Positions 56,431 through 64,000 of a stretch of 64,000 nucleotides of DNA are shown in pieces. The DNA lies in contig CALGLJ010000008.1 of assembly GCA_937930235.1 (NCBI GenBank), forward strand, positions 23 through 64,022, written 5' to 3'. The position numbers were made by a program, and so were the translations under genes. A model generated the notes under the pieces. That model saw only the letters and a program-made list of their open reading frames with translations, ran no database searches and was not told the origin of the DNA. The DNA comes from an uncultured Verrucomicrobiales bacterium. GTDB lineage: Bacteria; Verrucomicrobiota; Verrucomicrobiia; Verrucomicrobiales; Akkermansiaceae. The first letter of the stretch is position 1. Every line of letters begins with the position of its first letter.

Positions 56431-57561
56431 ATGGGGCTTATCAGTCATAAGAACCGCATAATTCTTCTCCTCTTGAAGGGCGCGCTGTTAGTGCTTTTTG
56501 TGGGGCTGTTAGGTTATGGAGTAGGTTACTTTTTTGAAAAAAAGAAATATGAGGTTTCTATTTCATCACCTGGAAAGAACCCAAGCATATTGTGTCTCAG
56601 AGTAGAATTTCCCGATCATAAAATGCGGATGCTTGATCTGGAATGGAAGACGAAGCTCACACGACTCATCGGCCAGGCAAATACTTATTGGAAAGACCAG
56701 CTTTATGGGACTTTTCAATCATTTCAAGAGCCTAAGATCTCCGCGATTTTAACATTGAATGAGCCAGCCGATGCTTACTTAGACGATCTCGATAAAATAT
56801 ACCAAGATTCGGCAAAGGCGGCAAAAGCTGCTGGGATAGCAGTTGAAGATTTCGATCATGTGTTGATGTCCTATCCGAGTGTCACGGAGACCGAGAAGGC
56901 TTGGGGCTCTCCCGGAAAGATTTGGTATCCCGGAGAAATCATTGAGCCGCCTAAGCTCGTGCATGAAATCGGTCATTCCTTTGGCTTAGGCCATTGTGCT
57001 CTCGAGTATCGTGATTCTAGCCGCATAGACCCTAAGTCTCCTCCATCTACAGATCCTTGGTTTATGATGGGTGAACCTTCTTTACTCTTTTTTACCCCGC
57101 TTCCGCTGCCCATGAGATTCCAACTGGAAGCTCTCACCGAATCTCAAGTTCCATTGCTTAAGCGAGAGCCTGGTAAAAAATCGGAGACTCTCAGACTTCA
57201 CGATTTTCGAAAATCCCCTCAACCTGGCCAGCACGCGGGTTACCGGATTTCAGGTAAAGATGATTCCACTTTTTGGATCGGCTACCTCACCGGGCCAGAA
57301 GAGACATTTGATGCAGGAGGGCTCTTTCCAGTAACTGGACTGGTCGTGCAGCGCAGTCAGCAATACCTGGTCGAAAGCTACCCAGCGACGAAAGAAAAAC
57401 ATGATATCTATCCCGAGCTACTTCCTAAGCGCTTGGGACTAAAGAAGGGGGAGCAACTTCACATCAAATCAGGAAAATTCACCGTCAGTCTGATTGCAGA
57501 AGGAGCTGATGAAGATGGTCACGCTTGGGCGGATGTAGTAGTAGATTTTGGAATATCTTAA
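56431..57561 (+). CDS. Membrane-anchored zinc metalloprotease-like protein (HExxHxxGxxH; gametolysin/M11-like or other metzincin)
   Basis: N-terminal TM anchor IILLLLKGALLVLFVGLLGYGVGYFF. Zinc-binding consensus VHEIGHSFGLGH. The preceding region (ILCLRVEFPD..YWKDQLYGTF) resembles the M11 N-terminal part, from memory. Confidence 0.75.
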   Translation: MGLISHKNRIILLLLKGALLVLFVGLLGYGVGYFFEKKKYEVSISSPGKNPSILCLRVEFPDHKMRMLDLEWKTKLTRLIGQANTYWKDQLYGTFQSFQEPKISAILTLNEPADAYLDDLDKIYQDSAKAAKAAGIAVEDFDHVLMSYPSVTETEKAWGSPGKIWYPGEIIEPPKLVHEIGHSFGLGHCALEYRDSSRIDPKSPPSTDPWFMMGEPSLLFFTPLPLPMRFQLEALTESQVPLLKREPGKKSETLRLHDFRKSPQPGQHAGYRISGKDDSTFWIGYLTGPEETFDAGGLFPVTGLVVQRSQQYLVESYPATKEKHDIYPELLPKRLGLKKGEQLHIKSGKFTVSLIAEGADEDGHAWADVVVDFGIS

Positions 57562-57573
57562 TTTTTTGTAGTT

Positions 57574-58548
57574 ATGAAAACAGTCACTTCTCCTATTTTT
57601 CAATACTTCTGCCTTGGCATCGGGGTTCTTGGACTTGGTAGTGCGGCCTATTTCGGCCTCTGGAAATCTGACCCAAATGTTCACCATGGACACCGACATG
57701 AAGAAGGTGGCGAAAGTCATTCGAAACGTTCTCACGCCTCGGGAGGTGGGCCTTCGAATGAATCTGCTGCGGGGCATTTCCGAGTTCCTAAAGTCGAACG
57801 CTATCCTGAACACGAAGCAATTTTTGCCTCATCGCTTAATGGAGATGAGGCTCTCGGACAGCATGTTCTTCAGCTTCTTGAACAAGATAAAGAGAAGGCG
57901 CTCGCAATTCTCTCTACCTTGACTGCCGAGTTAAATTATCAAGTTGTGGGAGATACTTTGCTGAGCTTCTTCGAGAAAAATGGGGGGCTAGAAAAGGGTC
58001 TAGAGGCATTTCACATCCTCGATCCGAACGCCGACATCACGGCTCCTTTGTTGAAACGTTTTCTCACTCCGGTCTGGAAAGAATCTCCCGAGGTGGCGAT
58101 GAAATTTATCAACGATTTCCCTGAGTTGAATGGGATCGAGGTTGCCGCAATGAGCATCGGCTCAGAAGTCGGCCGGAGCGATGACCCGACAAAAGATTTT
58201 CAGACCGTCCTTCAGGGAGATTTACCAGACGAGGTTCGTTCCAGCTATCTGGCAAGTCTTTCCGGAGAATGGGTGAAAAAAGATTTTGACGGAGCGTTCG
58301 AATATTTCAGTAAACTGGAGAATACCCCAATTCTTGCAGACGCTATTTATGAAATCATCGGTACCAGTTCTGCAATTGACCCACAAAGTTCGATGGAATG
58401 GGCGCTGTCGATCAAAGATGAAGGTCTTAGGGAGTCTGCCATTCAAGATGTGGAGCAAATTTGGGCTGAGCAAGATGAAGCTGGTTACCAAGAATGGAAA
58501 TTAGCCCAATCTCAGCCCGCTATCACTGAGAATTTTCAAGAGGAGTAA
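57574..58548 (+). CDS. Membrane-anchored protein with a His-rich linker and a helical-repeat ectodomain, unknown function
   Basis: TM helix IFQYFCLGIGVLGLGSAAYFGLW, then NVHHGHRHEEGGESHSKRSHASGG, then ~240 aa of predicted helical repeats. 12 nt after the protease gene. Confidence 0.65.
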   Translation: MKTVTSPIFQYFCLGIGVLGLGSAAYFGLWKSDPNVHHGHRHEEGGESHSKRSHASGGGPSNESAAGHFRVPKVERYPEHEAIFASSLNGDEALGQHVLQLLEQDKEKALAILSTLTAELNYQVVGDTLLSFFEKNGGLEKGLEAFHILDPNADITAPLLKRFLTPVWKESPEVAMKFINDFPELNGIEVAAMSIGSEVGRSDDPTKDFQTVLQGDLPDEVRSSYLASLSGEWVKKDFDGAFEYFSKLENTPILADAIYEIIGTSSAIDPQSSMEWALSIKDEGLRESAIQDVEQIWAEQDEAGYQEWKLAQSQPAITENFQEE

Positions 58549-58615
58549 ATCCTAATCACTTTTCTAGGGGTTCTTTGAATCCTTGAAAAACACAAAACAA
58601 AAACAAAAATATAAA

Positions 58616-59116
58616 ATGAAAAAACTAGTAATTACTGGCACCCTCGCGGTCGCTGCTGTTGTTGGAGCTCTCGTGGGCAAGCAAAACGCTAGCAAAGAAG
58701 AGCAAGTCTTCGCTGCTGGACGTTTCGTTGAGGTCACACTCATTGCTAACGCCAATCAGAGATTTGTCACTCCCCGTAACCGTGGAAGAAGCCTTAGAGC
58801 AAACGCTTCAAGATTTAGTAATGCGGCAATTTTCCGTCGTTGCAGTGTCGTTCCAGGTACTGTGAACTTCGTAGCAAGAACTGGATTCCTGACTTGTGAT
58901 GGAATTCGTCTTCGTGCCAATAGAAGAACAGCAGGAGCAAACGAAGATTTCGTTCTCGTGACTTCAGGCCGCACTCAAGGCCTCAGAGCGAACAATGGTC
59001 GCTTTGTTTCTTCTGAGCGTGGACGTCGTGCAATGCGCTGCAACCGCAGAAATTTAAACGCTGCTGAGCGTTTCATCCAAGGGCCACGCAATGGCGTGAT
59101 CCCAGTCGGCAGATAA
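58616..59116 (+). CDS. Small secreted arginine-rich protein with three internal repeats (beta-trefoil/fascin-like pattern)
   Basis: Signal peptide MKKLVITGTLAVAAVVGALVG. The three ~40-aa units are RFVTPRNRGRSLRANASRFSNAAIF, GFLTCDGIRLRANRRTAGANEDF and RFVSSERGRRAMRCNRRNLNAAERF. ATG at 58616 (the track uses TTG at 58583). Confidence 0.7.
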   Translation: MKKLVITGTLAVAAVVGALVGKQNASKEEQVFAAGRFVEVTLIANANQRFVTPRNRGRSLRANASRFSNAAIFRRCSVVPGTVNFVARTGFLTCDGIRLRANRRTAGANEDFVLVTSGRTQGLRANNGRFVSSERGRRAMRCNRRNLNAAERFIQGPRNGVIPVGR

Positions 59117-59175
59117 TCATGCCTCTCGGTGAAGCTCCCTATTTCAATATAGGGAGATCTTGGCCGTTAGTTTCT

Positions 59176-59210
59176 AATCTCCACTCTGGTTCGCTAGGGT
59201 GGAGATTTTT
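59176..59210 (+). terminator. Rho-independent terminator closing the 56.4-59.1 kb operon
   Basis: AATCTCCAC-(14 nt)-GTGGAGATT followed by TTTT. A second hairpin (CTCCCTAT-TTCAAT-ATAGGGAG) lies at 59135-59156. Confidence 0.6.
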
Positions 59211-59253
59211 CTTGGGAGGGAAATGAAAGTCGCTCGCTACCAGCCAAGCCAAT

Positions 59254-59454
59254 TTATTCAGGCGAGATGGTGAACTCGGATGAGCGGCTGGGCGGACGGT
59301 CTTCGGTCACAATCAAGTAAAGGGAAAGTCCGATCAGGCATCCAATGAGGATGGCAATGATGACATTCGTGGTCGCGAGGTATTTTTGCTCTATGGGGGT
59401 CTGAGCGGCTTTTTTGGGGTCGGGACTGAAATTGGGATTCTCGGAAGGGGCCAT
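59254..59454 (-). CDS. Small single-pass membrane protein (66 aa), hypothetical
   Basis: One clear TM helix (TNVIIAILIGCLIGLSLYLIV). 68 nt downstream of the TraB/GumN-like gene on the same strand. Supported only by ORF and hydrophobicity. Confidence 0.4.
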   Translation of the reverse strand: MAPSENPNFSPDPKKAAQTPIEQKYLATTNVIIAILIGCLIGLSLYLIVTEDRPPSRSSEFTISPE

Positions 59455-59522
59455 TGGCTTGATCGGGGTGATTACACCTACACCAACGCGAGAAAGAGTG
59501 ATTTCATTAGAGAAAAATTGAT

Positions 59523-60347
59523 CTACTCTTTAGGGACATTCCAAGCGGTCATCCATCTCTGTTTTGTTTTTTTAAACCCCAATTTTACTAAGGAGGCTTC
59601 CATATCGGGGAAGTGTGCCGCGCCATAGAAGATGGCGCAATTTTTGTGACCTGCTTTGAGTTCACGAGTAAGGACTTCGAGGCATTTTGCATTTCGGTCT
59701 GTGATGATGACAGATTCACCGGAAAGTGCCCCAATCTGGTCATCTCCTTGCCCTAAGCTCTCGATGAGTTCACGCTTCACGATGTTTGAGTTTCCTGTCA
59801 GGAGGCCCTTCATGATTTTTGAAAAATCTCCACTACTTTCCGTTTGAGTCTCTTTCCCCGCTTGGAGGGCAAATTTTAAAATCGATTCATCGCGGGCTTT
59901 CTGGAGAGTTTGGAATTCTTTCAAGCTGAGATCGGCATGGACGAAATTTTCCGGACTGTAGTCAATTTGAGATTTTTGATCCGTGAGTTTCAAAAATTTA
60001 GCGACAGCGCCATACGCTCGTGTCAGGAATTTCTGTTTTTCCTGTTTTTTCTTCTGCTTTTGAAATGCGGCGAGATTTTCTCCACCGATCATTTCGTAGA
60101 GGAGGCGGTCATATTTTTTGAATTCTTCATTGAGCGCTCCGTAGTAAGCTTGATCTGCGATGTGGATCGCTCCGATAAGCGTGACGGATGCCCCTTCTTT
60201 CTCATAAGTGGTATTAGCCGTTTGTAGCTTGGCATTTTCCTCAGCGTGAGCCACTCGGATGAAATCAGTTTTGACGACGGCGGGTTCCTTGGCGTGAATC
60301 AAGGATAAGCTGCACCACATTATTATAAACATCACGGCTTTCATCAT
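59523..60347 (-). CDS. Secreted TraB/GumN-family-like protein
   Basis: Signal peptide MMKAVMFIIMWCSLSLIHA. N-terminal TLIGAIHIADQAYY and C-terminal AIFYGAAHFPDM resemble the two His motifs of TraB/GumN proteins (from memory). Confidence 0.5.
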   Translation of the reverse strand: MMKAVMFIIMWCSLSLIHAKEPAVVKTDFIRVAHAEENAKLQTANTTYEKEGASVTLIGAIHIADQAYYGALNEEFKKYDRLLYEMIGGENLAAFQKQKKKQEKQKFLTRAYGAVAKFLKLTDQKSQIDYSPENFVHADLSLKEFQTLQKARDESILKFALQAGKETQTESSGDFSKIMKGLLTGNSNIVKRELIESLGQGDDQIGALSGESVIITDRNAKCLEVLTRELKAGHKNCAIFYGAAHFPDMEASLVKLGFKKTKQRWMTAWNVPKE

Positions 60348-60508
60348 CAGGGAACTTACCTCTCCTGAGAGTGGATGCAAACTCCAGAATGCGAGTCCGA
60401 TTCTTGTTCTTTTGTCCGGCTTCGTATTCGGTCAGGGACATTCAAAACATCGTTGATTCATTTGTCGGTGCCAAGACCATTGCTCTTGGCCGCATTTTCG
60501 CTTATGCC

Positions 60509-62290
60509 ATGGAGGTGGAGCTAAAGTATTGCGAAGATCTTTTCCGTTATCAACGGCGTCAGTCCCGGGTTGTGACCGTGGGAAATGTCCCGATAGGTGG
60601 CGATCACCCGGTGGTCATTCAGTCCATGATTACGAGTGATACCCGTGATACGGAAGCTTGTGTCGCAGAAGTCCTCCAACTCGCTGAGGCAGGTTGTCAG
60701 ATGGTGCGGATCACCGCCCAGACAAAGAAGTATGCTCAAAATTTAGAACACATTCGTGATGGGGTCCGTGCTGCGGGTTGTCACGTGCCCTTGGTTGCAG
60801 ATATTCATTTTAAACCTGACGCTGCTTTCGAAGCCGCGCAATGGGTGGAAAAAGTGCGCGTGAATCCCGGTAATTACGCGGATAAGAAAAAGTTTGAGAT
60901 TCGAGAATATACTGATGCGCAGTATGCGGAGGAATTAGAACGCATTCGGGAAGAATTTGCACCGCTTGTACGTCTCTGCAAGGAGCTGGGGCGTGCGATC
61001 CGCATCGGGACCAATCATGGCTCCCTCAGCGACCGGATTATGAATCGGTATGGAGATACTCCATTGGGAATGGTTGAGAGTGCGCTCGAGTTTGCCCGTA
61101 TCGCACGGGAAGAAGATTTCCATAATTTTGTGTTTTCGATGAAAGCATCGAATCCCAAAGTGATGATTGAAGCTTATCGCCTCCTTGTGGCGCGTCTTGC
61201 TGAAGAAGGAGAAGACTGGAATTACCCCCTTCATCTTGGAGTGACCGAGGCGGGTGACGGAGAAGATGGCCGGATCAAATCCGCGATTGGAATTGGCTCC
61301 CTTCTAGCGGACGGAATTGGTGACACCATTCGTGTATCGCTCACGGAAGATGCGGTGCATGAGGTGCCAGTAGCACGCACGCTCGTTGATGTGGTTTCTC
61401 AAATGTCTTCCGGAAGAGAATCGTACGATGTGGCTCCGAATTGGAATCCATTTGAATTTGAACGTCGCCATAGCGAGACCATCACCCTTGGAAATTTTTC
61501 GTGTGGAGGGGGGGAGCTGATGCGCGTCTTTACCACAAGGTCTAAGTATGAGTCCGTCTCTCACAAGCTTGCGCAGATGGGAGATTATCAACCAGAAATC
61601 GTGCTGGAAGATACGGAAATCATTCGTATTGATCCTCGCAGTGAAGCTGCTTTTGCCGCGATTAATTCTGAGCAAAGCCCTCAGATGGTCACGGTGAGTG
61701 ATGGGCTGGACCTTCACCCGATCTCAGCGTTTCGACTCTTGGCGTCACAGCTCGATGCCCGCCATAATATCTTACTTAAAGATACTCTTCACCCGCAGCA
61801 AATGGGAGGAGAAGACTTTCTTCCGACCTTGCTGCGGGCCGCGATGAATCTTGGTTCACTCATTTGTGATGGGATCGGAGATGCCATTCTCGTTCAGGGA
61901 GAAGATGCGCCTGGTCAATCTTTGCGCCTTTCTTATAATATTTTACAAGCAGCAGGAGCTCGGATTTTTAAGACTGATTATGTCGCATGCCCGAGCTGCG
62001 GTCGCACCTTATTTAACTTACAGGAGACCACGCAAAAAATTCGAGAAGCGACTGGCCATCTCAAAGGAGTTCGGATTGCCGTCATGGGCTGCATTGTCAA
62101 TGGCCCTGGTGAAATGGCGGATGCGGATTTTGGTTATGTCGGGGGGGCTCCCGGTAAGATTAACCTCTATGTTGGGAAACAGGCGGTGAAATTTAACATT
62201 CCTGAAGGCGAAGCGGTAGAGCGGTTACAGGATCTCATTCGTGAACATGGACGCTGGGTAGATGCTCCGGAAACGGTTGTTGAAATTTGA
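60509..62290 (+). CDS. ispG: 4-hydroxy-3-methylbut-2-en-1-yl diphosphate synthase, long form with an inserted domain
   Basis: VGNVPIGGDHPVVIQSM, VRITAQT, ADIHF, RVNPGN, IGTNHGS, GVTEAG, CPSCGRT, GCIVNGPGEM. A ~250-aa insertion sits between the TIM-barrel and the 4Fe-4S domain. ATG at 60509. Confidence 0.95.
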   Translation: MEVELKYCEDLFRYQRRQSRVVTVGNVPIGGDHPVVIQSMITSDTRDTEACVAEVLQLAEAGCQMVRITAQTKKYAQNLEHIRDGVRAAGCHVPLVADIHFKPDAAFEAAQWVEKVRVNPGNYADKKKFEIREYTDAQYAEELERIREEFAPLVRLCKELGRAIRIGTNHGSLSDRIMNRYGDTPLGMVESALEFARIAREEDFHNFVFSMKASNPKVMIEAYRLLVARLAEEGEDWNYPLHLGVTEAGDGEDGRIKSAIGIGSLLADGIGDTIRVSLTEDAVHEVPVARTLVDVVSQMSSGRESYDVAPNWNPFEFERRHSETITLGNFSCGGGELMRVFTTRSKYESVSHKLAQMGDYQPEIVLEDTEIIRIDPRSEAAFAAINSEQSPQMVTVSDGLDLHPISAFRLLASQLDARHNILLKDTLHPQQMGGEDFLPTLLRAAMNLGSLICDGIGDAILVQGEDAPGQSLRLSYNILQAAGARIFKTDYVACPSCGRTLFNLQETTQKIREATGHLKGVRIAVMGCIVNGPGEMADADFGYVGGAPGKINLYVGKQAVKFNIPEGEAVERLQDLIREHGRWVDAPETVVEI

Positions 62291-62580
62291 TGAAAGCAGT
62301 CGAAGCACCAGTTCGAAAATCGAATCTCAAGACCGAGAGTAACACCTCATCGCCATGGCAGGTCGTGGTCCTCGATGATCCCGTGAATCTTATGGAGTAT
62401 GTCACGCGTGTTCTTATGAAAATCTTTGGCCATTCTCAGGAAGTGGCTCAAAAAATGATGATGGATGTCCATATTCGAGGGCGGGCAATCGTGTGGAAGG
62501 GGAATCGTGAAAAAGGAGAAATGTATGTGCAGCAGCTTCACCAAGCTCAACTCCGCGCTTCTCTTGAAAAAGCTCAGTAA
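62290..62580 (+). CDS. clpS: ATP-dependent Clp protease adaptor ClpS
   Basis: WQVVVLDDPVNLMEYVTRVLMKIFGHSQEVAQKMMMDVHIRGRAIV. The ATG overlaps the ispG TGA by 1 nt (TGATG). Confidence 0.9.
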   Translation: MKAVEAPVRKSNLKTESNTSSPWQVVVLDDPVNLMEYVTRVLMKIFGHSQEVAQKMMMDVHIRGRAIVWKGNREKGEMYVQQLHQAQLRASLEKAQ

Positions 62581-62585
62581 ACTTT

Positions 62586-63110
62586 ATGTCCGAAGACGGA
62601 AACCTACTTACAAATTTTCAACCTGATATCGTTTTTATGAATCAGGCGATTCGGGAGGCTCAAAAAGCCTACGCTGCTAAAGAAGTGCCTATTGGCGCCG
62701 TCATTGTCCGAGACTCACAAATTATTGCACGAGGTTGGAATCAGGTGGAAACGCTCAAGGATGCTACCGCACATGCGGAAATGTTAGCTCTTACTGCGGC
62801 TCAAACCGCCATGGCTGACTGGCGGCTTGAAGGATGTACCTTGTATGTGACCAAAGAGCCTTGCCCGATGTGTGCGGGGGCGATCGTCCATTGCCGACCA
62901 GATCGAGTGGTGATCGGATGTCCTGACCCCAAAGGAGGGGCGGCCGGTGGTTGGATCAACTTGTTAGAGAGTAACCCTCCTCTAAATCACCGCTGTGAGG
63001 TCACCATGGGTGTTCTTGAAGAAGAGAGCGTAGGTCTGCTCAAATCGTTTTTCCGTGAAGCACGCGAGCGGAAAAAGCAAGGAGAAGCTCATGAGAAAGG
63101 TGGCGAGTAG
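62586..63110 (+). CDS. tadA: tRNA adenosine(34) deaminase
   Basis: CDA zinc motifs HAEMLAL and PCPMCAGA. Confidence 0.9.
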   Translation: MSEDGNLLTNFQPDIVFMNQAIREAQKAYAAKEVPIGAVIVRDSQIIARGWNQVETLKDATAHAEMLALTAAQTAMADWRLEGCTLYVTKEPCPMCAGAIVHCRPDRVVIGCPDPKGGAAGGWINLLESNPPLNHRCEVTMGVLEEESVGLLKSFFREARERKKQGEAHEKGGE

Positions 63111-63116
63111 AAGAAG

Positions 63117-63611
63117 ATGAACACCCTTTGGAAAATACGAATCGCGATCGTGGTGGTGTTTGTGGGCCTGATCATCAGTGGAGTGACGGCCTTTCCGCTG
63201 CTTCATGAACTCAATTTCTTGGCATCTCTCTTTGTCGAAGAAGGGGGCAGCCTTGATCCGCAAAAATATACGGGGCTGACTCACTGGGTTCTGCGAGTGA
63301 GAGAAGGCCTCGAGGTGACTTACGAGCAATACCCTTTCATTGCTTATGGAACAGACTGGCTAGCCTTTGCGCATTTGATGATCGCGCTATTTTTCATTTT
63401 GCCCTATCGAGACCCGATCCGCTACATCGGAGTTTTATATGTGGGGATATGGGCTTCACTTCTCATCTTTCCACTGGCCTTAATCTGCGGCCCTCTTCGT
63501 GAGATTCCTTTTTTCTGGCGTCTCATTGATTGTTCTTTTGGAGCGTTTTGCCTCCCTCCTCTCATCTATGCGATTCGAGGGACGAATGCTCTGGAGAAAG
63601 AAAATTCTTAG
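63117..63611 (+). CDS. Integral membrane protein, unknown function
   Basis: 164-aa ORF with four hydrophobic helices. 6 nt after tadA. Confidence 0.55.
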   Translation: MNTLWKIRIAIVVVFVGLIISGVTAFPLLHELNFLASLFVEEGGSLDPQKYTGLTHWVLRVREGLEVTYEQYPFIAYGTDWLAFAHLMIALFFILPYRDPIRYIGVLYVGIWASLLIFPLALICGPLREIPFFWRLIDCSFGAFCLPPLIYAIRGTNALEKENS

Positions 63612-63706
63612 CGCCCTCTGATCATTGTGACGCAATCTGAATCGATAGGATTTACTTTCCTTCCATGTGCCATTTTTTCATGAGCTTGATGTGAGCCTGA
63701 ATCTTC

Positions 63707-64000
63707 TCAAAGTCTTTGCTCGCTCGTGTTGATCCATTGGTTGAGCTGAGTGCGGAGCTTGACGAGTTGATTCTGATATTCGAGTTTTTGAGCGAGGTTC
63801 GTGAGTTCCATAGGGATCGTCTTTAAGGTCATAAAGCTCTTCTTTTGGGCGTCGTTTAATTTTCCTTTTTGATGCCAGTCTCGTAGTGCAATGAGAATGG
63901 ATTTATTTTCTTTGTAAGCGGAAGGTTGCAGGTACGAGCGTTGGGGAAGAAAATTACGGATATATTTGAAACGCTTCGTTCGGACTGAGCGAATAGATCC
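63707..64000 (-). CDS. Sulfatase C-terminal end (5' part outside the window), with an apparent compensated frameshift
   Basis: The minus-strand frame from 64000 reads ..IRSVRTKRFKYIRNFLPQRSYLQPSAYKENKSILIALRDWHQKGKLNDAQKKSFMTLKTIPMELTNLAQKLEYQNQLVKLRTQLNQWINTSEQRL*. The RxxRYKYIRNF and ..NLA..Y......L...L..W patterns are typical sulfatase C-termini. The ORF is absent from the track because its Met lies outside the window. Confidence 0.7.
   Translation of the reverse strand, partial: GSIRSVRTKRFKYIRNFLPQRSYLQPSAYKENKSILIALRDWHQKGKLNDAQKKSFMTLKTIPMELTNLAQKLEYQNQLVKLRTQLNQWINTSEQRL

Overview
This 64-kb chromosomal window looks like a PVC-superphylum genome, most likely Verrucomicrobiota. The clues are a PEP-CTERM sorting signal, heme-binding 'membrane-bound dehydrogenase' mega-proteins, a sulfatase, giant surface proteins and several Skp paralogues. 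I support about 55 protein-coding genes and recognised no rRNA, tRNA or CRISPR array.

Kb 0-37 is mostly housekeeping:
- an IS66 tnpB remnant at the left edge
- trmB, ligA, tonB-like/exbB/exbD and def
- an LPS/lipid A neighbourhood (kdsD, msbA-like exporter, three glycosyltransferases, two LPS-kinase-like genes, an LpxL-like acyltransferase)
- a cytochrome c / beta-propeller / azurin redox trio
- rimK, panC, lpxD flanked by three skp paralogues, ndk, and recA followed by two photolyase-family genes

Kb 37-59 is accessory and compositionally mosaic:
- an extremely AT-rich segment that truncates a gene
- a GC-rich block holding a PEP-CTERM trypsin-like protease, a secreted glycine-rich protein and a 3,123-aa surface protein
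- a lipoprotein built from 11-residue repeats, and a 1,491-aa heme-binding dehydrogenase-like protein
- a 500-bp AT-rich leader followed by a three-gene operon (membrane-anchored HExxHxxGxxH metalloprotease, His-rich helical membrane protein, arginine-rich threefold-repeat secreted protein)

Kb 59-64 returns to housekeeping (ispG, clpS, tadA) and ends in a sulfatase 3' end that appears to carry a compensated double frameshift.

The two best candidates for something undescribed are the 38.6-50.4 kb protease / Gly-rich / giant-protein block and the 56.4-59.1 kb operon. Within the giant protein, the SRE-motif repeats and the central Gly10 plus Cys-rich hydrophobic segment stand out.

All functional calls come from motif recognition by eye and no database search was run. 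Intergenic coordinates obtained by hand indexing may be off by 1 nt.
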